A stretch of 64,000 bases of DNA, from assembly GCF_001194135.2 (NCBI RefSeq), contig NC_068983.1, positions 157,580,143 through 157,644,142 on the forward strand, read 5' to 3'. The notes below the pieces were generated by a model, which did no database searches, had not been told where the DNA came from, and saw nothing but the letters and a program-made list of their open reading frames with translations. Within the stretch, counting starts at the first letter, position 1, and each line of letters starts with the position of its first letter. The translations under genes were made by a program, and so were the position numbers. Positions 50,368-63,651 of the stretch are shown in pieces. The stretch is from Octopus bimaculoides. Taxonomy: Eukaryota.

Positions 50368-52062
50368 CTGAAGGAAAGAAAATAATCATTTTAATAAAAA
50401 ATCAAACTAAAAACAGTAAAAAATATTTTGTAATTTGACTAGATGTTTTTTAAGAAACTTTTACACAGTACAGGATATTCTTAACATTTTCAATGCAAAC
50501 TATAAAATATACAAATTTTAACTTTGCCTCATGAATCTTGGACACCAAAATTCACAATCAGGATTTTTTTTAGAAAATTGCAAATATTTTCTTGTTACAT
50601 CATTATCATTTAACATCCGTGTTTCATGCTGGCTTGGATTGGATGGATTGACAAGATCCGGTGGGTCCAAGGACTGCATCATACTCTAGTGTCAGTTTTA
50701 GCATGGCATCTATAGCTGGATGCCCTTCCTAAAGCCAACCACTTTACAACATGTACTGGGTGCATTTTCGTGCTACCAGTTCTTGCAAGACTCCAAACCC
50801 TGAGAGGTTTGATAATAATTTAATAACATATTTGATCAATCTCTTATGATAAAATAAGTGCTAACCAAAGTAATGGGGTCAGCATATTTGACTAAAACCC
50901 TTGAAGGCTGTACCCCAGCATTGCCACAGCCTAATGACTAAAACCATTAAAAAGAAGTTTTTAAATAATTTAAAAAAAAAATTTTAAGAAGAGGTTTACT
51001 TAATTAAGAAGTGATCCATACATACAAGCATGTTCTCTCGTTCCTCTCTGAGCTGAGAGAGCCTACTCTTGTAGGAATGCAGGCACCGGTGCTATATAAA
51101 AGCACTCATGCTGGTACCACATAAAAGCACCCATGCTGGTGCCATGGAAAAGCGCATGTGCTCGTGTCACATAAAAGTGTCCATGCTGGTATCACATTAA
51201 AAGCCCCCAGTACACTCTGTAAAGTGGTTGGCATTGGGAGGGGCATGCCAAAGCACAAACGGAGCCTGGGCAGCTATCCAACTGCCAGCTCCTGTTGAAC
51301 AACCCAACCCATGCTAGCATGGAGAACAGGCATTAAATGATGATGACAATGATTAACAGTGAAAGATAAGGTTGATCAGGGTTGACTAACCAAAAAAATT
51401 GATCCTTTAAAAAGTTATTTCCCAAAGAAAGATAAGAAATTTTTGAGAATGAATTATCAATATTGTATTTAAATCAAATAAAAAACAATTGCACTTATTA
51501 CAATAGGCATCTAAAATAGTTAGCAAAAGCAAAGTACATACTAGCAAGTCATTCTATGAAGGATGACTTGTGGGGTTTTTTTTCTTTTTACCTGTGGAAG
51601 AGACAGACACAGGAAGATGTAGGACAAAGTGGTGAGAAATGATCTTCAGATGTTGAGCCTTACAGAGGAGAATAGAAAAGAACTGAGACTTCTAGTGATT
51701 TGCTGTACTTGAGGAGACACGTCAAGCTATGTCATCCACACATGCAGACATGTCCTTTATGGCCGTGCCCCCCCCCCCCACACGCTATCTGTCTACTGTC
51801 AAAANNNNNNNNNNCCCCCCCCCCCCACACGCTATCTGTCTACTGTCAAAACTCCCCTGCAACCTATGCAGAGATTGGGTTTTCATGTGAAATATTTGAC
51901 TCAAATGGTGATGAAAATAATGAATAAATTTTGTCTAAAAAGCTCTGTAAAGTAGCTGATATGATATCCTGGTTAGAAGTATACCAAAAACGAAATTAGA
52001 TTGTAAAAATTTGTTTTGTTCAAATTTCCAAATATTACCATTACCAAAAATTAAAATGTGCT

Positions 52063-52317
52063 GGACTGGCTCCTGTGCGGGTGGCACGTACAATACACCA
52101 TTTTAAGCGTGGCCGTTGCCAGTACCACCTGACTGGCCTTTGTGCCGGTGGCATGTAAAAGCACCCACTACACTCTCAGAGTAGTTGGCATTAGGAAGGG
52201 CATCCAGCTGTAGAAACTCTGCCAAATCAGATTGGTTCACCAGTTCTCAGTCAAATCGTCCAACCCATGCTAGCATGGAAAGCAGACGTTAAACGATGAT
52301 GATGATGATGATGATGA
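52063..52317 (+). mobile_element. RTE-LINE 3' tail copy
   Basis: Family tail ending in (GAT)n. Further copies lie at about 12697-12900, 21190-21395, 22545-22760, 38425-38525, 50600-50780, 51075-51350, 57440-57610 and 59590-59780. Confidence 0.8.
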
Positions 52318-52351
52318 GTTGAGGAGCAAATATATTAACATTTTTATATAC

Positions 52352-52448
52352 CTGAACCCGTGATTCTTCATCAAACTTAGAAATTTCTGAAAAGAATTCT
52401 TTATTACTGACTGTTTCTTTATTAGCCCATTTAGAAAGCAATTTGGAC
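52352..52448 (-). CDS. JmjC-EF-hand protein exon (97 bp)
   Basis: ttttccag|G...CAG|gt. Translates (R)SKLLSKWANKETVSNKEFFSEISKFDEESRVQ and bridges phase 2 to phase 0. Confidence 0.82.
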
Positions 52449-53559
52449 CTGGAAAATTAATAAAAAATATTTTGAAAAGTTAACAGAATACTCAAATTGA
52501 AAATAAATTTTTACAATATAATTATATAAAGTTACCTTTCTTTTCAAAAATCATCAATTTTCAACATTTATAAATAAAAGAATTATATTTTGAATTTACA
52601 TTGAATATTGAAGAAAAACTTTAGGAACTTTACAAAAGTTCAGCATCTGAGGACACACAAAATGTTGAAAATAATGGAAAAATTAAGATTGTGTAAGTAC
52701 ACTCTTTGCATACTAATTGTCTCAAACTAGAAGAGAATAGATGTCAGTTGAAAATGTGGGTTCAAGCAATTCATGCATGTATCTAAACTTGAAGAATGTG
52801 TACAAGCATTGAATATTAGGTCTAAAAATATTATTTTGCTGTATTTTGCAGTATTTTCTAACTGTATCTTCAAGATACATTTATAAAATTACATTAATCT
52901 TTTAAGTATAGTATGTATCTTTGTCATCATGTACTTTTTAAATATAATATGTATCTTTGTCATCATGTAATTTATCCATATCTAATATGTCTTTAGTTAG
53001 TATTAATTACAAAAACAAATCTGGTGAAAATTTGTGAAATCACTAGATTACAAAATAGTTCAGCTTTTAAAGGTATGCAAAATTTGCAGAGTTGATTGTT
53101 AATAAAAATTTTGTTTGGGAACTTCTCCAAAACGTTTATCAAAGTTTCCCTAACTCACTTTTATTTTTCTTTAATATAAATTAAGATGAATATATTTTTT
53201 GAATACCATATACAGTTAAATAAAAGTTGAATTTTTAGGATCAGCTAAATTTCATGGATCAGTTATAATACTGATTTGGGAAACTGACATGCAAGGTACA
53301 ATCTAAAATACCACCATATCAGTAATAGAGATTTAAATCATCTAAATGAACAAAAGAAGAAATATCAAAACAGAAAAACTCAATGTATTATTGGAATAAC
53401 AGCAATAATTATCTAGTATACATGGTCTAATCAATAAGTATACGGACTGTTGCTATTAGTAATGAAGCTAAAGCACGCAGAGTGAAGCTACTAGGCACAG
53501 ATTGACTTTGAACTCTGTTATGCATGCGCACTAAGTTTTAACATTCTAGCTCACTTCTG

Positions 53560-54340
53560 CTGTTTACAGCAGTGCTTGGAATATATGTGTAGCATTGATC
53601 ATGATAGGGAAAGTTGAGCAGAGAATCTGCATCAAATTTTGCCAAAAGTTTGGCAATACTTGGTCAGAGGCCTATGCAAAGCTTTCAAAAAGTTTTCATC
53701 ATTCTCGACACAATCAAGATCTTGTGCAACTGAAACCTGAGTATCTTTTTGATTAGCTGAAAGCAGTTTTGGACTGAACTGAACCATAACTAATCTGCCC
53801 ATCCTCTGATAACTCACAAATGGTGATTCGATGATTTCCCCTAACAGCTTCAATAATTTGTAATCAGCAGATGGAAGAAAGCTACATGATAACCAGTAAT
53901 CTTTTTTTACCTGCCGATTACAAATTAAGAAAATACTAGTATGCAATCATCTAGATAAGAAGGCAGCCGTTATGTAACCTTCATTCTCTGTTGAAGTGCT
54001 ACATCATTCCATCTCATGAACCTTGTGCATCTTTTGGCACTTATCTTAAAATTCCAAATTCTGTCCTTGGATTTCTTTTGTGCAAAGATTCAAATGGCAT
54101 AAATTATACATTTGCTATCTCAACAATTTGATTTCCAAGTACCCACACATTAACTTTCTTTTCTCCAATTGTGGTCACTTTCAAGGCTGATCTTTGTCAG
54201 CACAATTGTCTGTTACAATGTCTGAAGCTTGTTCAATATCTTTCTCCACTTTCTCCAGTCTTTCACACATTTCTCCAAAATATCAAATTCGCTTGCTGCA
54301 ACAGTCAATTGTCTTCATGACAATTTCATTAGCCTTTAGA
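53560..54340 (+). mobile_element. Degenerate mariner transposon
   Basis: MIGKVEQRICIKFCQKFG... at 53601 matches the mariner transposase N-terminus. Downstream 'LHDN'-like remnants are decayed. Confidence 0.6.
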
Positions 54341-55430
54341 TCGAATGCATGTATGTGTGTATGTATGTAACAAGAGAAGTAAATTTCAGTTTCCTCTTAG
54401 GTTATAGTCTTGATATTTAATACTCTTGATTGAGTTAATTGTTTTGTGCTGTATTGATATGCAAATTAAAAGTCAATGATTAGATATTTATATATATATA
54501 CACACACAAATATATATATAAACATTATGAATTGTTTGTCCTAAAGATACAAATAAATTTGTAACTTAACCTCAAGTGCTTAGATTTCCTCTACACAGTT
54601 CACCAGAAATCTAGTTTCCATGTGGCAGGTGACAAACCCTAAAGAATTTAACCCAAAGTTTAAGGCATGGTTACCCTAAACCTGGTTTAGCTGGCCTACT
54701 AATGCTGTTATTCAATAGAGGACATGCTGCTGCATGCAGATTATTCATGGAGCCGTAGGTGAGAGCTGGATGCCAAGTTGAAGCCAGTGGCAAATGAGTT
54801 GTCCTAAAAAGAAATTAGTGGGATCTCTACTGAAGGTAGTGTTCCTCCCTCATACTCATACTGAACTAAATATGCGTACATTACATACATTTTTGTTCAT
54901 TTAATTACTACACAGAATTAGGACCACATCTTGGCTATTTTGATTTTGTGAATATTATGACTTAGAGATTTTGTTCACAGCATAGCTGTTGACAAAGATA
55001 ATGCTTTTCGTTTGTTTTTCTTTTTTTAAATAGAAAGATGTTGCTGGCTTGTTTTCATCGGTTTTGCCAAATCCAACTTATGGTATTAGAGTATCAATTG
55101 AACATTTGAAGATTCACCAATTAGGTCAGATAAGGATTAAATAAACAGTTAAATAAACAGTTAAATAAATTTCAAGTAAAGCCAAATCAATGCATCAGTA
55201 AAGTTATGTCTTCTCATCAATATTACATAAAGAACAACAGTTTCACTTATGGTTTGTCAAAATGTAAGACAGTATTTCTCCAGATATGCAATTTCTCTAC
55301 AAAACAATAAATGATATTCTTTATATCTGAATGTCTGCTGTAAGTAGATGTACTGATAAATACATTTTCTAAAATTCAAAATGGTATTGAACTAAATTTC
55401 AGCAAATAATTGTCTTGAAAATGTTCTTAC

Positions 55431-55595
55431 CTGACTTGTTCATTATTCGATTGTACTGCCAATTGTTCCAGAGTTAATGAACTACTTTTTATCTCTGTTG
55501 AGTCACAGTTGGATTTATTAAGCCACCATAAGTGACTGAACCAATAATTGATGCCCAAATTTCTAGCATTACTGGATCGGAATTGGTGATACCAA
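55431..55595 (-). CDS. JmjC-EF-hand protein exon (165 bp)
   Basis: aag|T...AG|gtaag. Translates WYHQFRSSNARNLGINYWFSHLWW..., supplying the distal His ligand and the NxW motif. Confidence 0.9.
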
Positions 55596-57057
55596 CTTCA
55601 ATCAATATTTCAGGTAAAAAATTTTTTTAAATAAAATCAGTGTTAAATTTTGAATTAAAAATGAAATTATTTAATTTAAGATATTCTTTTTTTAAACATT
55701 ATTTTCAAAGGTTGCACATTAGAAAAAAAAGGTACTTAATCACTATGTTTAGACTCAGCTAAATACCCGAATAACATTTTAGAAATTCATTTGATGTTTT
55801 GGTGTATTTCTTTATGTAACCAATCTTAAATTTCTTCCAGTAAATGGCTAAGAGTAGAATATCTGTGAATAACTATCTCATATTTAAATTTCTCAGGAAA
55901 TGCACTAGTACATACTTGACTAAACTGCCAATATGACACTTAAAATAGAAGCAAATATTTTTACAAACTTTAAGAATAAGACAATGTATTTAATAAAAAG
56001 ACTTTCTCATTAAATACATTGCTAATATTTATGTTATTTTCACAGCTCTTATAACCAAAATGAAGCTCATTTCTCTTATTGTCAATTAAATTACAAAAAG
56101 CGGAGGCTTCTTCTTATCTACTTTGTCAAAATACTCACTCTCTCTCTCATCTGTTTCATAACATCATTGTAGTCATACATACATAAATTCCCCTTGTTAA
56201 TGCAGTAGCTTTGTTTTTCTAGCAGCAAATACTAATACTTCTATAGCAGTTATAACCAATAATAGTTTTTGTTGGAACTTCTGAGAGGGATTGTCATTAC
56301 TATACATTGAAATATTTGAACTAGTGACTCCATCTTGGCTGTTATTAAACAATGTTTTGGCTGTTGTAACCTTTAGCTTTATTCAGATGTCGTATTTAGT
56401 TATTGAATATGTTAGGCATCTGAAGAAGGTCAGATGGTAAAACAGCTGAAGCACTGAAATTATAACAATCAAGATGAGGATTGTTATCTGAATATATCAG
56501 GTGTACAATTGTACACCTGATAATCTGAATATGTAACTAGCCTAGAAAGTTGCTGTAAAGATAACAAAGCTGAAATTTACAGAACATTCACTTCTGTGTT
56601 TCAAATCTCATTAAGATTTAGTTCTTCATTTCCATAAAGGTCAAAGTTATAAGCATTACATAGACTTCTTTACCGTCATTTTAGTTCTATGCTTGCATAG
56701 ATTGGACAAAATATCCATTCATCTTTGAGTGATTATATGTCATTTTCTTGTACATTCATGCTGACACGAACTGGATGATTTCTTAATTTAGAATTCAAGG
56801 AATAAATATGATATACTGTTAACCATTCACTGAAAGTAGTTTATATTTTCAACTAAGCTGAAGTGAACAGAATAATGAGTTAAAGAACACAATGCATAGA
56901 TAAAGTGAAGATATGAGCTCTTGAAAGTTACATAACTAGTAGAGGTACAGCCACTGTACCTGAAATATTTAACAGAAAATATATATATAAATTACAAATT
57001 ACATTCCCTAGTTTAATTTAATAATCAAAAGTTGATACAATATACATTTTGACTTAC

Positions 57058-57218
57058 CCATGAGGTATGTAAAGACAATCTCCTTTATCTAAAACTGCAG
57101 TAGACCAATTCACTTGTTGTAATTTAGGGAACTTTTTCAGATTTACAGCATCAACATCAACTTTACTGAAAGACCCTTCTTGCATAAAGCCATTTGCTTC
57201 AATCAACTCCTTCTGAGC
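57058..57218 (-). CDS. JmjC-EF-hand protein exon (161 bp)
   Basis: ag|GCT...GG|gtaagt. Translates AQKELIEANG...FSKVDVDAVNLKKFPKLQQVNW...LDKGDCLYIPH(G), the typical JmjC 'VD...D...FP...L..GD.LYIP' segment. Confidence 0.92.
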
Positions 57219-60200
57219 CTAAGAATATAAATGTTTGAGTTCTACTTTGAACATACAATTAAAAAGTTATAAGATCAAATCTTGTTGATTGTTTATGAAA
57301 AAGGTTTGAAATTACAATGTTTCTTGTTCCTTGCCATACTCCCCCAGACTCCCCTCTTACCATTCCCTCATCTCTCAGCCTATGATCATCATCCATTCTC
57401 TCTTTCATTTTCGTTACAGGAGCCTTCCAAGTCATGAGAGCTGGTGTCATGTATAAAACGGCTGGCATTAGAAAGGGCATCCAGCCATAGAAACTATGCA
57501 AAGGAAGACATTGGTGCATGATGCAGCCATCAGACTCAAAATGCCATGTCAAACTGTCCATCCCATGGTGGCATGGAAGACAGGTGTTAAATGATGATAA
57601 TGATGATGCAAATTATAACATAAAAGTTCACATATTCCACTTAGGTACTTATTTAATCAACTTGAATGAAAAATCAATGTGAAAACATAAGTGAATGTGA
57701 GGTATTGCACAGTTATTCTTGATCATCATAAACAAATTAACCTAAATATCAATGAACCCCCCCCCCCCAAAAAAAAACCCAAATAAAATAAGATACAAGC
57801 ATAGTTGTAAGGTTACAGAGTTCACCTTATAGCCTTATGTAGTTTCAGGTTCCATCACACTGTGTGGCACCTTGGGCTAGGGTCCACTTTAACCCTGGCT
57901 TGACCAATGTTTTGTGAAGACAATTGAATAAACTGAAATTGTACAGAAGCCTATTATGTGTATGTGAGTGTTTATTTTCACGTGTCTTCATATTGACACC
58001 ATATGAGCAATACTGATATTACATTTGCATCTTGTGTAAACAATATGTCCTGTAATTTGGTAGTTTTGTTAGTTCTGACATGTGAAAACTACTGGATTAA
58101 AAACACCTTACTTGAAAAACAAATACAGGTTGGCAACAGGAAGGCATCTAGTCATTGTATACTCCCTCAATAAATCTCATCTCATCTAACCCATGCCAGG
58201 ATGGGGAAAAGAGAATGAATCATGAATGAAAAAAGAAAATATGGTACCACTTTAGCATGTAGTCTACCTGGCCATTTACACTTTAGCATGCAGTCTACCC
58301 TAAACCCTTAACTCATATTAAGTAACTTCACAGCATAGACTGTGGATACTGCAGTAGACTGGAGTAGCACCAAAAATATATAAAATGAATGGATGATGAG
58401 GAAAATGTAGAGTTTTAATTTTATGTGGAATTGTTAACATGATCTGGATGCTTATTGAAGTTAGATTCATTTAATAATAGACATCAAAGGTAAATGATAA
58501 AAAAAAATTATTCAGGAAGAAACTAAATTAAAACAGAGTATAAACATAAGTTTTGGTTTGTAGATCTCACAGCTTAACATGGCTAAGTAGTCAGTCAAAA
58601 TGGAGATACATGTGCATAGAATAAAAGGTCATATACAAGTAGGTAGAAAAAGTATTCACAAAAAAAAAAACAAAGAACTTCTGCACAACACACACACACA
58701 GAGTCATGAATATATTTTACATAGTGTAAACATTATCTGACTAGAACACAATGCATATTTGATATATGTATTATATCAAAAGTCAGCAGTTTACTTTGTG
58801 TTACCTACTTGGCTGTTCATAACATTCAAGAAGAGCCAAAGGTAAAACTGAGATCTGACTGTACAGGAATGTAACTGTTTTCATTAGGTTCTTATAAAAC
58901 GATGTATGTTGGAGAAGTGCTGTGCACTGACAGTTTAAGGTGCCCACAACATAGAAAAAACAGGAAGAAATAGTGAGGTCATATCTGAAATTGGTAAACT
59001 TCTCATATAAAATTACAAAGGATACAACTTGTGTTAGTATGCCAAATTTGATGAACTAATGCATGATAGATAAAGCAGATATCATGTGGACTATGGTGAT
59101 GATATACAGACATATTTTCTTTTCCTTTTATTCTCTTATATGCTCTAAGTAGTTCGACAAAATATCAAAATCATTAAAAGTGTATCACATAGAATCCTTA
59201 TTGAATAAGTGGTTTCAAAATCAAGGAAAATATTTATAAACAAAAGTAAAAAAAAAAGGAGAGAATCAGACAGAAAAAGAATGAAAAATAATAAATATAC
59301 ATATATGGATCCAACTCATTCCAGCTGACACAGGGGCATTTGAGAGAAACAAGATTGCTTTTGGGCCTTGAAAAGAGTGTGGGATCTTGCAAAGTTCAAA
59401 TAGGGATTTTATTTATAATTTTTATTACAAAATTTTTTTTTTGGAGGGAGTAGTCCAGCAGATAGTCACGGGCATAGGCTCTTGGAGCCAGACGGATATA
59501 TTGGCTAAATCCCACTCTTATAGACTCCTGAATGGACATAAAGGAATGACAATAGATAGATATACAGATAGATTAGATTAAACAGACTGCATTGGTGCCA
59601 TGTAAAAAGCACCTAGTATACTCCGTAAAATGGTTGGTGTTAGGAAGGGCATCCAGCAGTAGAAACCTTGCCAAAACAGACAATTGGAGCCTTGTGCAGC
59701 TCTCCAGCTTCCCAGCTCCTGTCAAGCCACCCAGTTCACGCCAGTGTGGAAAATGGACATAAAATGATGAAGATGATGATGAGACAAACAGACAGATAGA
59801 TTGATAGATAGAAAACTGCAAGTTTAAACAAAATTAGAAAATTATAGAAATCATAAAAACTTTCATCATTAGATGTGCAACAAAATCTAACATTTCTGAA
59901 ATTATAGAAACGGTGATTTCACAGAGTGAACAAAATTTAAGAAAGAAGGTGCTCATAAACACATACAAGCAGAGAGCAAGGTATCTTAAGGACAAATATT
60001 AAACCTTTGTAGATTTGTTTTGCTCTAGATCTCTAACACCACAGATATCACATAACACTCATGCAGAGTTTAGCTATACAAGATGTATTTGACAGTCAAG
60101 TTATAACCTTTAGTTGTTAATTCTACACTTGTCTGATTAAAAGTTCTACTGTGGTACCAATTGAGATAGGTAATGTCAGCAACAGACTCGATCCTTTAGA

Positions 60201-60222
60201 ATTTATTAGAGCTTATTCGCTA

Positions 60223-60615
60223 CTATTTACTATTTACTATTTTACTTGTTTCAGTCTTTTGACTGTGGCCATGCTGGAGCACCGCCTTTAGTCGAGCAAA
60301 TCGACCCCAGGACTTATTCTTTGGAAGCCTAGTACTTATTCTATCGGTCTCTTTTGCCGAACCGCTAAGTTACGGGGATATAAACACACCAGCATCGGTT
60401 GTCAAGCGATGTTGGGGGGACAAACACAGACACACACATATATATATACATATATACGACGGGCTTCTTTCAGTTTCTATCTACCAAATCTACTCACAAG
60501 GCGTTGGTTGGCCCGAGGCTATAGTAGAAGACACTTGCCCAAGATGCCACGCAGTGGGACTGAACCCGGGACCATGTGGTTGGTAAGGAAGCTACTTACC
60601 ACACAGCCACTCCTT
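60223..60615 (-). mobile_element. tRNA-headed CORE-like SINE
   Basis: Near-complete copy with head ...GTGGTAAGTAGCTTCC...CAGTCCCACTGCGTGGCATCTTGGGCAAGTG and a (TAGTAAA)-type tail. Confidence 0.8.
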
Positions 60616-61307
60616 TTTGTAATAATCAATCTTATTTATTGTAGTTTTATGTTTTCTGTATTTCCTTCAGAATTTCCCCTGAGTGTTCTTTATGGAAGTG
60701 ATTGAAATGTATGTTTTATCTAAGATTTTAGTCTTTTGCATGTGTGGCATGTTGGTTTTCATTATGCAAAATACTACCAACGTCTTAAAAGTGAAATAGG
60801 TAAGGAAGTTGGTAGTAATTTTCTTTTCTTCTGTGCTACTGTTAGTCTGCCGTAATGGAGTCAGAATTCTGATTTTATAAGCATAGGTATGGTTGTGAGG
60901 TTAGAAATCTTGCTTTGCAAACATGTGATTCTGGATTTGAGCAACTTGTGTAGCACTTCAGGTAAGTGTTACCCATTACAGACACAGGTTGACCAATACC
61001 TTGTGAATGGAATTTGGTCAAATGGAAACTATACAGAAGCCTGTTATGTGTATAGATGTGTTTTTGTACATGTTTTTGTGTTGTTGTTTATGCAGTGTCT
61101 CTTTACATCTCACAACTTAGTGATTCAACAGAGTTCAATGGAATTAGTAGAGAGGTTGATATGGTTGACTAAATCCTCAGGAGTGATACTCCAGCATGAT
61201 CACAGCCACAGTCCAATGTTGAAACTAGTTGAAAAAGAAATATAGAGTAAAAAAAAAGGTTGTTGTTTAGCCTCAAGTTAACCCTCACTGAACAAACTTA
61301 TGATCAA

Positions 61308-61577
61308 AAATTCCCGTTAGAAATATATAGTTTTCAAAGTGACAACTAGTCACTGATTTATAAATTAGAAAATTACTATTTTTAAATCTCACAATGTGAG
61401 ATATTCAGCAACATTCGTCCTAAACCAGGACTGCCATGTTATGTTGGCAAACAATCTTTACTCCAAAGTACTGTTGCTGAATATCTCTCGTTGTGAGATT
61501 TAAAAATAGTAATTTTCTAATTTATAAATCAGTGACTAGTTGTCACTTTGAAAATTATATATTTCTAACGGGAATTT
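61308..61577. repeat. Fold-back inverted repeat, ~105-bp arms
   Basis: 61308-61413 pairs with 61472-61577 with only a few mismatches around a 58-bp spacer. Confidence 0.92.
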
Positions 61578-62620
61578 GGCAGCGCCACCTCTAGCCAAAC
61601 AATTATTCTATGCTGATGAAGGGAAATAACCCGGATATCGTGATACACAGATATTGTTTTGAGCTGAGTGGGGGTGCTAGATTCCCTTGTTCAAAAATAT
61701 GACACAGATCATGTCATATAACCAGCTGGAGACGATGTCTCCTGGGGCTTAGTTGCAGCAACATTTAAAATGGGTTTTAAAAGGAGTAATTTTCTAACAA
61801 TAAATTCTTAACTATTCATGAATTTAGCATGTAATTAACCTTGTTGACAGAGTATCAATAGAACAGAATGGATTGGCTAAAAGTTATGCAACTTCAATTT
61901 GTCATTACTGCTATATTCAAAAGTTGCTAGGGATTAAATGTAACTTACATTTCAATGTTAAAGTTGGATAAAGCAGGCCACCACTACTAGTCTTATGAAA
62001 TCTCTTCTTGGAGAAGATCTGCCACTTCAAAGAGGAAGTTACAAAAAAAAAAAAATAATGAGGGATCTCAGACAATAACATATACTGTTTACATTTTAAC
62101 CCTTTCGTTACCATATTTCTATTGAAATATGCTGCCTTTGTTTCAATTAATTTTAGCAATAAAGAAGAATTTAGTTAAATAACTTTGTTGTTATTCAGCT
62201 GGTACTTGGAACATGAATTAATATAAAAATTTTGATGGAAGGTTTTAATTTATATAACTTTAAAACAGGAAACTTGTATCATAGAACCAAGGGCATTGTC
62301 CAGTAGGTTGATATCAAAAGGGTTAACATAGAAAATTAATACATGTAAAATACTAATAACAAAATTTACATGCATGCATGCAAAGCTTATACAGTTACGG
62401 AGAAGGAAGTACACAGAGATGAGCTAAGTGATGCAGTGAAATAAACTTTAACAGAGAAGGAAAAGGATAAAAATGAAATGAAGAGTGAAAAAATAGAGGG
62501 AAGAGAGATTTTGCAAAAAAAAAAAAAAAATTCTAGTCAAAAATAAAAGAAAACACAAAAAAAAAACAATACTAAAAGTTTGCATTCTTGAAAAAAAATC
62601 ATTCATTGTCCATACTTAAC

Positions 62621-62790
62621 CTTATTAAAAAGAAGAACAACTTTCTGACCATCTAATACACAATTGATGTTGTCCATATCATCAAAGTGTAATACAGACC
62701 GGGTATTACCATTGCTTAACCATAAGACACTGTCTTGTAATACCTTTTGGAAACCACCACAATTCAATAAAAGTGGAACTGTAACTTCAT
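62621..62790 (-). CDS. JmjC/cupin-like 2-oxoglutarate-Fe(II) oxygenase with EF-hand, first exon in window (5' part lies outside)
   Basis: ag|AT...AAG|gt. Translates (D)EVTVPLLLNCGGFQKVLQDSVLWLSNGNTRSVLHFDDMDNINCVLDGQKVVLLFNK, containing the HxD iron ligands and the DGxK 2OG-binding lysine position. Confidence 0.92.
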
Positions 62791-63651
62791 CTGGAAATTA
62801 AAAGAAAAAAATTTGTAATACAAAGGAAAAAAAAAAGTAAACTTAGAAAGAAAAGAAAGAAAACAAAACAAAAAATAAATAAAAAGAAATGCATCACCAA
62901 AAATAGAGAAATTAAAAGAAAAAAAGAAATCTGGTTATAGAGAAGAAAGTCTTTTAAATGTTTTTGACATTTATTAATCACTTTAGAATGCATTATTACA
63001 TTTTAGCAAGCAAGCTGAATATTAATGTTAATGCCTAGTTCTCATAGCAGAATTAGCCAAAAATGTAGAGATGAAGTTCCATACTTGGAAAGAAAACCTA
63101 GAATTAAGATGCCTCAAAGTAAACACCTAGAAAAGACTCAATGTGTAATTAGCAGGGAAGAAGACAAGGTCCTGCTGTGGACTGGAAAGTGGTCATGCGC
63201 ATTATGCAGAAAAAGTGTAAGTAGGAAATTCATATGATGTAGCTCGTGTGAAGAAGAAATGTAGAGTGATTACAAGCAGGTTAAAAGGGAAGGTAAGATT
63301 TATGTATTACAGACGTACAGGAGTAGTGAGCAGCAAGAAGAAATGCAGAATTTTATTCCTTGGAATGCTTTTAAGGGTCCCTAGAATTAGTTGATAGCAC
63401 TCGTTACCTAAGTGAGCTAATTAGTAGTAGAGGAGAATGTTCTGAAAGCATATCTACCAAATAAGAATGAGGTAGAAAATAGTTTCGAGAGCAATTATTA
63501 ATTCTATAGGGGATTTTTTTTCTCAGAGTGAAGGTTAGAGTATACAATGCATAGATATGAAATTTGATACAGCTTAGTGGTGCAGGATTTGAAAACATTG
63601 GAAAGAAATGAAGTAAGCATGCTTTATTGGATGTGTAATGTTAATGGGTGT

